From Basidiobolus meristosporus CBS 931.73 (Eukaryota; Fungi; Basidiobolomycota): a DNA stretch of 64,000 bases. Below, piece after piece: positions 62,890 to 64,000 of this stretch. A program made the position numbers and the translations under genes. The notes under the pieces are model-generated. The model searched no databases and had not been told where the DNA came from. It worked only from the letters and a program-made list of their open reading frames with translations. Location of the stretch: contig MCFE01000416.1 in NCBI GenBank assembly GCA_002104905.1, forward strand, positions 1 to 64,000, read 5' to 3'. How positions within the stretch are numbered: position 1 is the stretch's first letter; the number at the start of each line of letters is the position of its first letter.

Positions 62890-64000
62890 CTAAAGTTGAG
62901 AGGGTTCTCCTGAATCTCTTTTCTTGTGGTACCAATATCTTGATGGTTCAGTATTATCAGCAAGTCTTGCAAGCTTGAGTCTGTCTCTATGCACTAAGTC
63001 TTCCTGGATATTGCCTTGTTTGTCCACCAGTTGGTAAGTTGCAAATGGACATTCTCTGATGATCTTGAATGGTCCTGGGCATTGTGGCTCAAACTTCTTC
63101 CAAGTGTTGTTTCTTAGCAATACAAAGTTCCCAACTGTCAATGCTTCTGGTGCTATAGTCTTATCAAATCTCTGCTTCATCTTTTCTGCACTTTGAGATA
63201 CTTTGGTCTGTGCCTCTTGACATCTTTGTTCCAGTTGCTGGTGTCTACTTGGCTGACTGAGTTCATCTTCTAAGGTGTCTGTAAGCTTTGGTTGTGTGAG
63301 ATCTCCTGGAATCCTTGGTTCACATCCATACACTAAGTAAATTGGTGATTGCTGGGTTGTGTTGTGTACTCTGACTCTGCATGCAAAGAGTGCTTGGTCT
63401 ATATACTCATCCCATCTACTGACAACTCCATTTGCATACTTGGTGAGCATTTTTCCAAATAATCCATTAAACCGCTCAGTGACTCCATTAGTTCTGGGGT
63501 GATATGCCAAGGTTTTCAAGTGTCTGATCTGCTGCATTTCCAGGTAAGCCTCTAATGTCTTTGTCATAAAGTTTGCTCCTCTGTCAGATAAGATCTCCAC
63601 AGGGCATCCAAACTTCATCAGGATCTCATGGTAAATGAAACTTGCAACTTCTTGTTCACTGGCTGTTGGTACAGCTTTAGCAACTGGCCATTTAGTGGCA
63701 TGGTCAATTGCTACTAGGATCCAACGGTTGCATTTCCTGGTAGTTGGCAGTCTTCCAATAAAGTCAATTCCCCATCTCTCAAATGGTCTTACAGGCTCCA
63801 AAGGGAAGAGTTTGGCAATTCTTTGTGGCTGGCCTTGATTGATTTGGCAGCTTGGACATGTTTTCACTAGCTTCTCAATATCTTGTTTCATTCTGGGCCA
63901 CCATGCTCTGGCTTACACAAGGCTATAGGTTCCTTCAATCCCAAGATGTCCATATCCATTGTGTAGCTTATGTATTAAATCCAGGCAAGAAACATAAGGG
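62890..64000 (-). pseudogene. Ty3/Gypsy integrase (pol 3' end); continues beyond the window
   Basis: HHCC H..GHLG..CPSC; FERWGIDFIG..AIDHATKW; ILSDRGANF; YHPRTNGVTERFNG. One in-frame TAA near 63912; no chromodomain. Confidence 0.9.

Noticed and set aside
1-64000. tRNA, rRNA, snRNA genes and CRISPR arrays
   Set aside because: No recognisable signatures were seen by eye; a covariance-model scan was not run.

Overview
Eukaryotic, intron-rich fungal DNA. Short GT-AG introns with CTAAC/CTGAC-type branch sites and the gene set suggest an early-diverging lineage (inference). The window has two sharply different halves. Bases 1-41.7 kb are gene-dense and CpG-rich, with about 20 genes: DBP3, ENP1/bystin, U1-70K, SAP30BP-like, makorin, RLI1, uL13m, AP-1 beta, SMC4, ADA3, RPAP3-like, COG3, ZZZ3-like, CDC73, VPS53, NDUFA1, a CxxC-less nucleoredoxin-like gene, two intronless bacterial-looking genes (an ACT protein and an SDR pseudogene) and one candidate orphan. 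Bases 41.7-64 kb are a CpG-depleted nest of transposons. It holds three copies of a two-gene CMC/EnSpm-type element with CCCTATGAAAAAT termini, two of them inserted 12 bp apart into the third and facing tail to tail. It also holds a 4.5-kb PHIS-type (DDE_Tnp_4) element with 11-bp TIRs, an exact ATT target duplication and two intact divergent ORFs, plus a Copia element with a half-tRNA-type primer site, folded-back LTR fragments and a Gypsy 3' end. All alignments and exon models were made by eye; no database searches were run.
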